Shown here piece by piece: positions 26,886-39,707 of a stretch of 64,000 nucleotides of DNA (position 1 is its first letter; the number at the start of each line of letters is the position of its first letter). A program made the translations under genes and the position numbers. Origin of the DNA: Octopus vulgaris (taxonomy: Eukaryota); contig OX597826.1 of NCBI GenBank assembly GCA_951406725.2, forward strand, positions 47,678,001 through 47,742,000, read 5' to 3'. The notes beneath the pieces are model-generated. The model searched no databases and was not told the origin of the DNA. It was given only the letters and a program-made list of their open reading frames with translations.

Positions 26886-27144
26886 CAAAACGTCAGTTTG
26901 TAGAAAAAAGAGCAGAGTACTTTAAAGCTCATAAAACCCAAGGTTAGAAAAGTGTGTGAACCAAAAAACATTAACTTTCGTGAATAGGATAACGCTGTGC
27001 CTTACATAAGATATTAGGGTATTATTTGAGAGGATATGGTTGCTATTCCTGGGTAGAAGAACTACAGTATGTATATAAATATATATATATATATATATTG
27101 TTATATTTAGGAATGGTCATATTGCCAGTTTAGCCAATACGTAT

Positions 27145-27205
<61 letters not shown>

Positions 27206-27333
27206 CATATATATATATATTTACACATATATATAAATATATACACACATACACATGTGTATGCATGTATACGCACACACACATATATATATATATGTAT
27301 AATATACACATGTATCATCTATCTATCTATCTA

Positions 27334-27368
<35 letters not shown>

Positions 27369-27370
<2 letters not shown>

Positions 27371-27568
27371 CTTTCATTTTTACTTGTTTCAGTCACTAGA
27401 CTGCGGCCATGCTGGGGCATTACCTTGAAGAATTTTAGTTGCATAAATCGACTCCAGTACTTTTATATTTTTTAAGTTTGGTACTTATTCTATCGGTCTG
27501 TTTAGCCGAACCGCTACATTACGGAGATATAAACACACCAACACCGGTTCTCATGCAGTGGTTGGAAA

Positions 27569-27626
<58 letters not shown>

Positions 27627-27781
27627 CACGACGGGCTTCTTTCAGTTTCCATCTACCAAATGCACTCACAAGGCTTTGGTCGTCCCGAGGCTATAGTAGA
27701 AAACACATGCTTATGCTTCCACGTAGTGGGACTGAACCAGGAAACACACATTCTTCTTTCCACACAGCCACGCCTGCGCCT
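27369..27781 (-). mobile_element. SINE family A
   Basis: Reverse-complement alignment. Confidence 0.88.
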
Positions 27782-28501
27782 ATATACATATAATCAGCGT
27801 AATGTTAAGAATTTCCATTAATTCCTCAAGTTTTTAATTGAATACAAAGAACTGCAAAAGTTTAGGTACCAAATACAAGCTCAGGAATCAATTGTGATTT
27901 TCGAGAACATTTGTAAACGGTATACTTAAAACCCAGTTCAAATGTCGTGAAATGAGTGAAAAACAATTATAAAATTACAAATATTTCTAAGTATACTTCA
28001 AGAATAATTACAATACTTGGAACTTGAGATCTTGAAATTAAGTGGATTATAAGCATCAGGGAGTAATTCAGAAATAACAAAACATACTGAGACGTGGTTC
28101 CGCCAAATACTTTAGGAGCAACGGGAGGTAAACAGGCGCCAATATACATGTTTGTACAACAACATACACTGTACGCGGTACTCCCTGCTAGCCTACTGCT
28201 GGTTGATTCTTCACGCTTTTCTCTACGAAATGCTAGAATGGAATATTTGCAACATAAATGTTGTAGATGTGAATGATGGCTACAAGTGTTACCGAAAAAC
28301 ATCACCAAAGCGTAGAAAATAGTATTTTGTCTAACTCTATATGTACTAATGTATTAAACATATTTGGAAATTATTTAAGGATTTTTAATGTGTATGCAAA
28401 AGTTGAATGGTGCTAGCTGTAATATTTTGCCGCAGAGAAACTTCTAAAAGACACCTGTATGCTAAAGAAACTTAATTTACTTAGAATATCATCGGCGGAT
28501 C

Positions 28502-28544
28502 GTCAGACACCGGTGTCTCAACTTGTTTTAGTCCCCTCAGTGAC
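28502..28544 (-). ncRNA. degenerate type I hammerhead with palindromic stem III
   Basis: GUCA-CUGAGGG-GACU(AAAACA)AGUU-GAG-ACACCGGUGU-C-UGAC; two core A>G changes. Confidence 0.55.
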
Positions 28545-29638
28545 AAATACCAGCAGCCACTCTGAACAAATCTAAAATTTTTCATTCCGACGCAGAAATC
28601 ATGAAACAAAGTAAATATTGATTTCTGCGAAAGCTAGTCGAGCTAAAACTAAAAGTCTCGTAGCTTTAGGTCTGAAGCAACAACATTATAAGTTTCACTG
28701 TAGCATTGCCATAAAACACGCTCACCACGCACAGACACGCACACACACACATACACAAGCAAACACACACACAAACACATACAAAATTTAAATGGATAAC
28801 ACTGTCCAAAACATGAATTGTATTGAGTACTTGTTTCCTCTTCGGTTAATAAATTAGATCATTTGCATACATATGCATATACACTCCCTCACTCACACGT
28901 ACGCTGATACATACATACGCGTGAGTGCGTGTGTGTGTGCATACATGTATGCGTGTGTGCACGATTGTGTATGTGCCTGCTTGTGCGTAAAATATCATAC
29001 CTTATGGCCTTCAGCACTCTTTTAATTATGCTCACACAAGAGATATAATTGAACACTTCATGCAAACAACATCTTACTCAAATACGAACTAGTTTTAAAA
29101 GATATAGATGTTCCTACACTCTGTATATATAATAGTATTTAGACGTTCAAACAAGACACAGATAGAGGGAGAAATTTAGTTATATTATACTTACGCATTC
29201 ATATATTTACTTGTACAAACATATTTACAAATACGCATTAGAATTCTTTTTGAAGAAACTTCTACAATCACATGCATATTTATGTGCACGTGGTGTCCTG
29301 TGGGATTAAATGTGATTTTTCGTCTAAAATTACTGATTTCGCTTCGTATCGTTTGATTTTTGTATGTTTTTGCATTTTGGATTTTGTTTTCTGTTGTTGT
29401 TGTTTTTTTTTCTTTCATAACTATTAAGGTATCGTCTTTAATTTACCTTCTTAACAAAACTGGATATCATTATTTTATTCCTCCTCCTATGTCATACGGG
29501 GACTGCAATGTTGGGAGGGGGATAGGTGAGAGAAGGTGTAATGAGAGTGAGAGAAAAGATACAGAGAGAGAGAGAGAGGGGGAAGAGAGGCAGGGAGAAA
29601 AGAGATGGGTAGAAACAGGGCAAGTGTACGTGTGTGTG

Positions 29639-29675
<37 letters not shown>

Positions 29676-29915
29676 TCGTGTTCTGTTTCCTAAGTTATGT
29701 ATCAATTTTATTCAGGCAATACATGCGTTTAAAAATATTTTTTATTAAATAAATTGTTTCAGGTTAAGAAACACACACGTATACACGCTCACAAACACAC
29801 ACACATACTCACGCATATATACATACACGAACGCACGCACTTACACAGTTAAAGACGCATAAACTCACACGCACGTCCACATATGCCTACGTATATTTGC
29901 ATGGTTAGCATATAC

Positions 29916-29964
<49 letters not shown>

Positions 29965-30162
29965 CACACACATATTTACATGCATATATATGTATGTATA
30001 TACACACACATACACACATATATATACATATATATGTATAGATAGATATGTATATATATATGTATATATATACACATATATAATGTTCGTTCATATCTAT
30101 GAATACAGATACATATGTATGTATATGTGTGTGTATGTATATGTATGTATGTGTGTGTGTGT

Positions 30163-30205
<43 letters not shown>

Positions 30206-30244
30206 TATACATATTTATATGTATAGTGAAAACGCTTTTCTCCA

Positions 30245-30284
<40 letters not shown>

Positions 30285-30407
30285 CACACATATATGTATG
30301 TATATATTTGTGATTTGTGTGTATGCATGTATGTATCTATGCATTTCAACATGCATGTGGTTTGTGTGCAAGTATATGCAAGTATTTGTGTGTGCGTGTA
30401 TGTGTGT

Positions 30408-30476
<69 letters not shown>

Positions 30477-30977
30477 CGTGTGTGTTTGTGCAACATATTT
30501 CTGAAGAAATTTTAAGGAAAGATTTGTGAGAAAGACCGTTTCTTTTCTTTATTTTTTTGTCTCTTTCTTTCACATTCACTGAAATATTTTTAAAACATTA
30601 GATATATTCTTTAAATTCAATTCTCCTTTTTCTTTTTTTTTTTTTTTGCTTTATTTGTGAAAGAAGAAAAATAGATATTTACTTATTTATTTTCCAATAA
30701 TAATTCTCAAACCGATAGACCTTTCAACCAATATCATATTACGACTGTTTTTAGTACAGTAGTTGTAGCTATCCTAGTTGTTGTTGTGTCGTTAATATTG
30801 ATGTAGTCCTTGCTGTTACTTCTGCAGTTGTTGTTGTTGTTGTTGTTCTTGTTGTTGTTGTTCTTAATATTGCTGCTGACGTTGTTGTTGTTACTGTTGC
30901 TGCTGCTGCATTTTACAAATGCTAAAGATGACATCACTATCTTCGTAAAATACTTTTTTTAACCTAAATTCTATTAC

Positions 30978-31013
<36 letters not shown>

Positions 31014-31042
31014 CATTATTATTATTATCATTATTATTATTA

Positions 31043-31094
<52 letters not shown>

Positions 31095-31095
31095 C

Positions 31096-31927
31096 GAGTG
31101 AGAGAGCAGTGCATGCAATCAAACTGACACTGGGGTAAAATATACGAAGCCCAATATACCCATCATGACTACCCGTCTGATAAGAGTACACCAGGCACAT
31201 GCATCACAATCATATGTGCACAACATGTTGATTGCATATCAAGATAAACAGCGCTTGATCTTGCAGGTGGGGCCCAGTTAGAATATTTTTCATGTCGAGT
31301 AGCCCATCCCGCTCAAAAAGTCCCTGAATAAGGGTTTTTTAAGGATGTTGAACAAAACACCCATGTTTCCAGAGTTGAATTATTCAAACCCCAAAGAATC
31401 CCTCTCAACACATGGCTATGATGCTCCCCCACCACTTCTGCTCGTGATCAGAGATGCACATATTGTCAACCACTAAGGGACATGCTCAACTACAGTCGAA
31501 ATTATTATCATCATCATCATTAAGGCTGTTACATGCTACATTAGTTAGCAGTGGTGTTGTCATGAAGTCTGGTGACAAGTCTCCTCAAATCTCAATGAAT
31601 CTTTCTTGGGAATTCTACAGTATGTAGACTTGAATTTTTCCATGTTTCCACAGGTGAATTATTCAAACCCCAAAGAATCCCTCTCAACACATGACTATGA
31701 TGCTCCCCAACTACTTCTGCTCATGATCAGAGATGCACATATCGTCAGCCACTAAGAGACATGCTCAACTGGTTAAGGTTAAACAACTGACAAGCAAATC
31801 TGTGGTATTGAACAGAATATTTGCTGTAGTCCATCTTTTATACCGAGACAAAAGAATAGACATGATAACACTTCCAGTCAGATAAGATGAGAAGCCATGA
31901 GAGTCACTGCCTGGTACTGCATCAAGG

Positions 31928-32019
<92 letters not shown>

Positions 32020-32560
32020 ATCATCATCATCCCTATTATTATTGAATGGGAGAGCAATACATACCATTAAAGTGACACAGGCGTAGAAATATACGAGGCC
32101 CAATTTACTCATCGTGACAACCCACCTGATAAGTGTACACTCGGCACATGCATCACAACTAGGTATGTGCGACATGGTGATCTCATATCAAGATATTGTC
32201 AACCACTAAGGGTCATGCTCAACAGGTTAAGATCAAGCAAGGCGGCGAGCTGGCAGAAACGTTAGCACGCCGGGCGAAATGCGTAGCCGTATTTCGTCTG
32301 CTGCTACGTTCTGAGTTCAAATTCCGCCGAGGTCGACTTTGCCTTTCATCCTTTCGGGGTCGATAAATTAAGCACCAGTTACGCACTGTGGTCGATATAA
32401 TCGACTTAATCCGTTTGTCTGTCCTTGTTTGTCCCCTCTGTGTGTAGCTCCTTGTGGGTAGTAAAGAAACAAGATCAAGCAAGTAACAAGCTGTGTTGTT
32501 GAGCAGAATATTTGCTGTAGCTCATCTCTTTATACCAAGACAAATCATGTACATGATGGT
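31096..32560 (-). mobile_element. cluster of three (AAT)n-element pieces with a Dong-like 3' tail (31523-31640) and a nested SINE B (32242-32470)
   Basis: Aligns with 49794-50288 and 50605-50735; SINE TSD aagatcaagcaag. Confidence 0.85.
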
Positions 32561-32665
32561 TTATTATTATTATTATTTTTTTATTATTATTATTATTATT
32601 ATTTTTTTAATTTTTTTTTTATTATTATTATTATTATCATCATCATCATTATTATTATTATTATT

Positions 32666-32736
<71 letters not shown>

Positions 32737-32982
32737 CATTATTATTATTATTATTATTATTTGGACTGGAATAGTAAATTGGCGGAATCGTTTAGCACGC
32801 CGGACAAAATGCTTAGCGGTATTCCTTCCGGCCGTATGTTCCGAGCTCAAATTCCACCGAGGTCGACTTTGCCTTTCATCATTTCGGAGAACGATAAAAT
32901 AATTACCAATATACACTGGGGATCAATGTAATCGACTGGTCCCCTCTCCCAAAATTTCAGTCCTGTGCCTTTAGTAGAAAGG

Positions 32983-33028
<46 letters not shown>

Positions 33029-33029
<1 letters not shown>

Positions 33030-33780
33030 ACTGTTCAACATTTAGTAGTTTGTGGCAAATTTCTTCTGCATCACCTCCTACACTTCTGTATTGCTTGGGT
33101 GTTTTCTTTTCTGTTGTTGAGAGTACGCAAACTCTTCCCAGTATTGTATTGTGTTAGCCTTTTTTCCCATGAAGTTTGGCGCAGTCTTATGTTATATTAC
33201 TGCTTCTATTGTGTTGAGTATCTAAGGCGTCAGTTATCTAGTTTGCTGGTGGAAGTTTATTTCACTGGAAAATCACTGTATTGAGTGTGTCTTGTGTTCG
33301 TGGGTCGTTATGTTTAGGTTGTATTATTGGATTGATGGTGTCTTGCGTAGGATGTGGGCTGTTCCTAAAAGGGCTATTTTGGGGATAATGCGTAGTGTTG
33401 AGGATCCAAGTATAGCTTCTACGTTTTTGTTCATATGTTCTTTTATCATGCCCAACGCTCCAATTATTATTGGTATTGTTTTTATCTTCATACCTCACAT
33501 CTTGAATACTTCAATTTCGAGGTTTTTATACTTCGATAATTTCTCCACTTCTTTTTTGACAATATTTTGATCAAAAGAGACTGCAATGTCTATCAGTAAG
33601 CAAGTGCTTTTTTTCCTAATCCTTGATTATTATATCTGGGCGATTAGCTTTTTTTCTTTTTTGACGGTTTGAAACAGCATATCCCAAATAATTGTGGTCT
33701 GGCCGTTGTCTTGTTCCTTGTTTGGCACATGTTCATACCACCTATTTTCAGTTTTAATGTTGTAATGTTGGCATAGATGG
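33029..33780 (-). pseudogene. Dong/R4-like 3' end, third subfamily
   Basis: LCQHYNIK..RWYEHVP..TIIWD..ANRPDIIIKD..CLLIDIAV..KLSKYKNLEIE..PIIIGALG..KIALLGTAHILRK; (AAT)n tail. Confidence 0.9.
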
Positions 33781-33833
33781 TGGACTGGCAGAATTCCTAG
33801 CACGCCAGGCAAAATGCTTAGTGCTATTTTACT

Positions 33834-34120
33834 GGCGCATGACTTGGTCGTTAGGGTATTCGTGAGTTCGATTCTCGACGGCATGTTGTGTCTTTGAGCA
33901 AGACACTTTATTTCAAGATATTTCAGTCCACTCAACAGATAAAAATAAGTAGTATCTGTATTTCAAATGGGCCAGCCTCGTCACATTCTGTGACACTCTG
34001 AATCTCCCTAAGAACTACGTTAAGTGGAGCGCTCAGCCACTTGCACGTTAATTTCACAAGTAGGTTGTTCCGTTGATAGAATCAGCTGGAACATTCGTCG
34101 TCATAACCGATGGAGGGTCA
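33834..34120 (+). mobile_element. tRNA-derived SINE (family D-related, different tail)
   Basis: ggcgcatgact..ttaggg head, gagttcgattctc B box, ttgagcaagacac CORE-like motif. Confidence 0.65.
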
Positions 34121-34282
34121 GTTATTATTTATAAGTGAAATCACGTACAATATAAACTGGTAGAATGCTGCTGTTTAGCCCCCAAATCAAACTTCATTCT
34201 ATTTTTTAAAACAAAAGCTGAAAAGCTTTCCATACATGACTATTACATTTTTTTTTCTATATTTAGGCATATGTTGACCAAT

Positions 34283-34472
34283 AGGCGTGGGCTTGGCGGT
34301 AGTAAAATGTTTGCTTCGCAACAACATGGTTCTGGGTTCAGTCCCATGCGGAACACCTTGAGCAAGTAACTTCTGCTATAGTCTAGATCTCACTAGAGCA
34401 TTGTGAGTGAATTTTGTACACGGAAACTGAAAGAAGCCCATCGAATATGTGTGAGTGTGAGTGTGTGTGTGT

Positions 34473-34510
<38 letters not shown>

Positions 34511-34720
34511 GTTTGTTCCCTATCCTTGCTTGACAACCATTGTTGGCGTGTTTACGCCCCCGCAACTTGGCAGTTCGGCGAAGTGGCCGACAGAATAAGT
34601 ACCAGGCTTTACAAAATTATGATAAGTGTTGGGGTCGATTATTTCGACTAAAATTCTTCAGGGCAGTGCTTCAGCGTGGCCGCAGTCTAATGACTGAAAC
34701 AAGAAAAAGATAAAAGAAAA
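34283..34720 (+). mobile_element. SINE family A
   Basis: Aligns with family A. Confidence 0.85.
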
Positions 34721-35326
34721 GCTAAAGAAGAATATATTCGTGTGCATTCCTTTCTCACCGTATGCTGAGATATGAAAGAATTCAGCTATTCTTGACACCC
34801 TTTTGACTAGATGCATGATGGCTTCGATAAGACATCTCGTCTGAAGCTCTAATATGTCCATCAGTCTTCCGCTCTGGTTTGGCACATTTTATCGACCCCC
34901 AAAAGCTTAAAAGTCGATGTTGACTTCAACGAGAACTGAACTCGGAGTTGATAGAGTCGTAATAAATACCACGTGGCATTTATTCTATCGAACACTTTTA
35001 CCGACTCTATTAGTTTGCCCCTTTCTATGAACGTGCAATTTCACATAAACATGAAAATATACAAAAGTAGATATAACTAAACACAGGGACAAATAGTAAC
35101 ATTAGTAACAGTTGGATCGATGAAATCGTCTAGTCCCCTCCCCACGAATTTCAGGCCTTGTGCTTATAATAGAAAGGATTATTAAACCCGATATAAGGCG
35201 GTAGGTTAGCAGAATCGTTAGTGTCATCTTGTCAGTCTTTATGTTCTGAGTTAAAATTCTGCCGAAGTCAGCTTTGTATTTCATCCTTTCGGAGACAAAT
35301 AGTAACATTATACTCACATATAAACA

Positions 35327-35650
35327 TTCACCATGACCACACCGTGATCACAGTGACCGACCAAGCTATCAGATGTTGCTACACATTGCTGGTCACAATG
35401 CGCTTCGCATTGTTTTAGCCTTCAAATGACGCCACCCCGCTTGGCTAAGCGAACTGGCCAACAGAAGAAAGGGAGAGAGAAAGTTGTGGTGAAAGAGTAC
35501 AACAGGGATCGCCACCTTCCCCTGCCAGAGCCTCGTGGAACCTTCGGTGTTCTCGCTCAATAAACACTCACAACACCCGGTCTGGGAATCGTAACCGCGA
35601 TCCTACAACTGCGAGTCAGCTGCCCTAACCACTGGGCCATTGCACCTCCA
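35327..35650 (-). mobile_element. SINE family D with an RTE-derived tail
   Basis: Head matches 16726; tail matches the RTE end at 13005-13064. Confidence 0.88.
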
Positions 35651-36093
35651 TATAATCATACACATGTATGTATAAATGAGTATACATGCCTTTATACTTA
35701 CACAAATGTACATATATATACACACTTGCAATTAAGTGATCACAATGCACATACATTCATACACATATACACATAAACGCATATATGCACTAATAAAAGA
35801 ATATAATCACGCACATATACTTATAACTGAGTAGACAAATGTATACACAAACACAAACATACACATATATATGTCAAGGGCGCATGGCCAAGGGATTAGA
35901 ATGTTGAACTCGCGATCACGAGATCGCGGTTTCAGTTCTTGGGCCAGGTAACACTGTTGTGTTCTTGAACAAAACGCTTCGTCTTATGTTACTCTACGAT
36001 CACTTCTACACCTGATGTACGGTATATCGCCTTATTCAAGCAACGTCGATCTGATGGAGCGAGTGAGCTAATGTGCAACATTAAAACTATAAT

Positions 36094-36383
36094 CAAGTGA
36101 TTACCAAACTTTTTCACGCTGCCACCCCATAGTTCTAAGGCCACATTCCTAGTGCCCCACCTCCACTCACCATCACAGACATAGACCACTTCTGCAGCAA
36201 ATTCAAAACAACAGTATTTCAAAAATAAAATTTAACTCAATTAGCTCTTTATTTTGTTTGTTTTTACGTTTCTTGTCTCGTTTTGGTCACCCCATTATCG
36301 CCCCATTTTTCTTCAACGCTCCCACCCCCTGGACCTTTCCACCACCTCCAGTGGGGCGGTATCGCCCACTTTGGGAACCACTG
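36094..36383 (-). mobile_element. hAT-type MITE, same family as 7046-7325
   Basis: atcgcccactttgggaaccactg is the reverse complement of the 7046 terminus; TSD decayed. Confidence 0.75.
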
Positions 36384-36800
36384 CAATAAAAAAATTATTT
36401 CTGTAGGTTGTTCTACAATAAATCGCAGAACCATCTTTCTCGACTCCGAGAATTACAATTTAATTACCCACACACACTTGCAAGCATTCGCGCGTGCGCG
36501 TGGTGTACATACATACGCTAGCATGTACACTGATGTATGTGCATATATATAGTCACACATACGTACTCATAATCACATATATGCACAAATAAGCACATGT
36601 ACGTATAACTGGATACAGCCCATATATTTACACAAACATACATATATATACTCACGTGTATATACACATACTCACCTTAATGTGAGCATACTTACACACT
36701 TCACATACAAACCTCTACATTTAATCACATTAATGTACCTATTAAAGGATTTCAAAGTATTACTGTTTAGTCTGACTTCATTATTACACTTATATATGAA

Positions 36801-37990
36801 GGCGGCGAGCTGGCAGAAACGTTAGCACGCCGGGCGAAATGCGTAGCCGTATTTCGTCTGCCGTTACGTTCTGAGTTCAAATTCCGCCAAGGTCAACTTT
36901 GCCTTTCATCCTTTCGGGGTCGATTAAATAAGTACCAGTTACGCACTGGAGTCGATATAATCGACTTAATCCGTTTGTCTGTCCTTGTTTGTCCTCTCTA
37001 TGTTTAGACCCTTGTGGGTAGTAAAGAAATAGGTATTTCGTCTGCCGTTACGTTGTGAGTTCAAATTCCGCCGAGGTCGACTTTGCCTTTCATCTTTTCG
37101 AGGTCGATAAATTAAGTACCAGTTGCGCACTGGGGTCGATGTAATCGATTTAATACCTGTGTCTGTCCTTGTTTGTCCCCCCTGTGTTTGGCCCCTTGTG
37201 GGTAATAAAGAAATACGTATTTCGTCCGCCGCTGCGTTCTGAGTTCAAATTCCGCCGAGGTCAACTTTGCCTTTCATCCTTTCGGGGTCGATAAATTAAG
37301 TACCAGTTGCGTACTGGGTCGATCTAATCAACTGACACCCCACCAAAAGAAAAAAAACTTTCGGGCCTCGTGCCTAGAATAGAAAAGATTATTAAACTCG
37401 ATTTAAGGCGGCGAGCTGTCAGGAGCGTTAGCACACCGGGCAAAATAATTAGCGGCATTTAGCTTTCATCCTTTCGGCGTCGATAAATTAAGTACCAGTG
37501 AAACAGTTGAATCGATGAAATCGTCTTGTCCCCTCCCCTCCCCTCAAATTTCAAGCCTTGTGCTTATAATAGAAAGGATTATTAAATCCGATGTAAGGCA
37601 GTAGGTTAGCAGAATCGTTAGTGGCATCTTGTCCGTCTTTATGTTCTGAGCTCAAATTCTGCCGAAGTCAGCTTTGCTTTTCATCCTTTCGGAGTCAATG
37701 AATTCACAACCAGTGAAACTCCGGGGTCAATGTAATCGACTTAACCCCTCCTGTAAAGTATTAGGCTTTGTGCCAAAATTTGAAACCAATATTAAAGATA
37801 ATACCTTGAGGCGAGGCGTTAAAGCGGCATTTCGTTCATCTTTGAGTTCTGAGTTCAAATTCCGCCGAGGTCAGCTTTTCCGTTCATCCTTTCGAGGTTG
37901 ATAAAACAAGTACCAATTGAGTACTGTGATAGATATAATCGATTTACCCCATCTCCCAAAATTGCTGGCCTTATGCCAGAATTTGAAACT
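36801..37990 (+). mobile_element. head-to-tail array of SINE family B units
   Basis: One headed unit, then headless ~185-bp units starting at 37032 and 37217, then further older copies. Confidence 0.9.
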
Positions 37991-38321
37991 AGTCAGCTGC
38001 CCTAACCACTGGGCCATTGCGCCTCCATATAATCATACACATGTATGTATAAATGAGTATACATGCCTTTATACTTACACAAATGTACATATATATACAC
38101 ACTTGCAATTAAGTGATCACAATGCACATACATTCATACACATATACACATAAACGCATATATGCACTAATAAAAGAATATAATCACTAAACTGAGGAAT
38201 TAAGTCTAACCTAAGTAGGCCAGGGTAGAATTTGAACACAGAACGGAAAGATTCCAAACAGGCACAGTAATGCATCTCGTCTGAAATTGTTAAGGTTCTG
38301 CCATCCGCTTTTTATCGATGA

Positions 38322-38749
38322 CTAGCAGCATAGCCCGGCGTTGCCCGGGTATGTAAGAGCCCCTAGTAGGCAACGACTAATCCCAATCTAGTCCTTTTCC
38401 TCTAAGGAACGAAGGCGCATGTGTAGGTTGCAATGTCTTCTCTTCACTCGAATACTTCTGTGTATACGATGTTCCTAGCTGTCCCTAGCTGTCGAGTTGT
38501 GTCCCCTAGACAGAAAATGTGTTGCATATAAAAAGCTTAGATTCTCGACCCCATGTCGAATTTATCGATTTTTTCAGAACTGGGGGAACTTTTCAAAATT
38601 TTCGCTGCGTTAGTTTTGAATTATGACATTGGGCTATGTGTGTGTCAAGTTTCATCAGAATCGGTTGAAAGCCGTGGTTAGGGTGAGGGTACAACCTGAC
38701 AGACACACAGACACACAGACAGACGAACTGCCGTTTATATATAGAGAGA
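38322..38749 (-). mobile_element. non-autonomous Helitron
   Basis: 5' TC (tctctctatatataaa), subterminal hairpin cccgggcaacgccggg, 3' CTAG, inserted between A and T, no TSD. Confidence 0.92.
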
Positions 38750-39507
38750 TAAAAAGCAAAATTGAACTAAATGCGAAAAGGTTTGGAACAATACTGTAAG
38801 ACATTCTGATTCTGAACGTTGCTTTTACGTCTCTGTCAGTTCGCTCTCTCTCTCTCTCATACGTAGAGTCACGCACATGTACTTTTAAAAAGTCACACAA
38901 ATACTGCCCACATTGTCACGCCAAAACAACATTGATGTGACACCGTGTGAATTCTATCCTAAACTAAAGAACTACAGCTTTAAAGAAACTCTGAGTTACA
39001 TAATATTGTCTTCGACTGGAAACATTTGTTTTTCATTGAAATATTCTAGCATTTATAAATTTAGTCTTTCGTTCATTCTTCGTTTTTCTATTCAATTTTT
39101 CTCGGTTCTTTTCCCTTCTTGCAAACCCCTAAAGTATTCCTTAGATTTACTTTTAACATTTGTTGTTACTGCTGCTGCTACTACTACCGCTGCTATTCTC
39201 CTTCTTGCTATTATGAATAATTTTTTTTGTTTTCAGTGGCATTGTTATTGCCATTCCAGTTGTTGTGATGGCTGTCATATTTGTTCATGTTCTCATTCTA
39301 TATTTTTGACTTGGATTCCTTGTTGGCTATTATCATTGCCGTTGTTGTTGTTGCTGGTGTTGTTGCTATTGATGTTATGGCTGGTGATATTTTCGTTGTT
39401 CTATTGTTGTCATCATGTGTGCTGTGATAATTTCTGAAGTTTCTTTCCATTGTTATCGCTGCTGTATTGTTTGCTGTTTCCATTATTATCGTAGTTATTA
39501 TTATTAC

Positions 39508-39561
<54 letters not shown>

Positions 39562-39655
39562 CAATCTATTATCATCGTTTGTGATATTAAAAAAACACGA
39601 AATTGTGTTGTTTTTCTTGCCATTGTCGAGGCAGTAGTTGCTGTCACAGTTGTGG

Positions 39656-39707
<52 letters not shown>

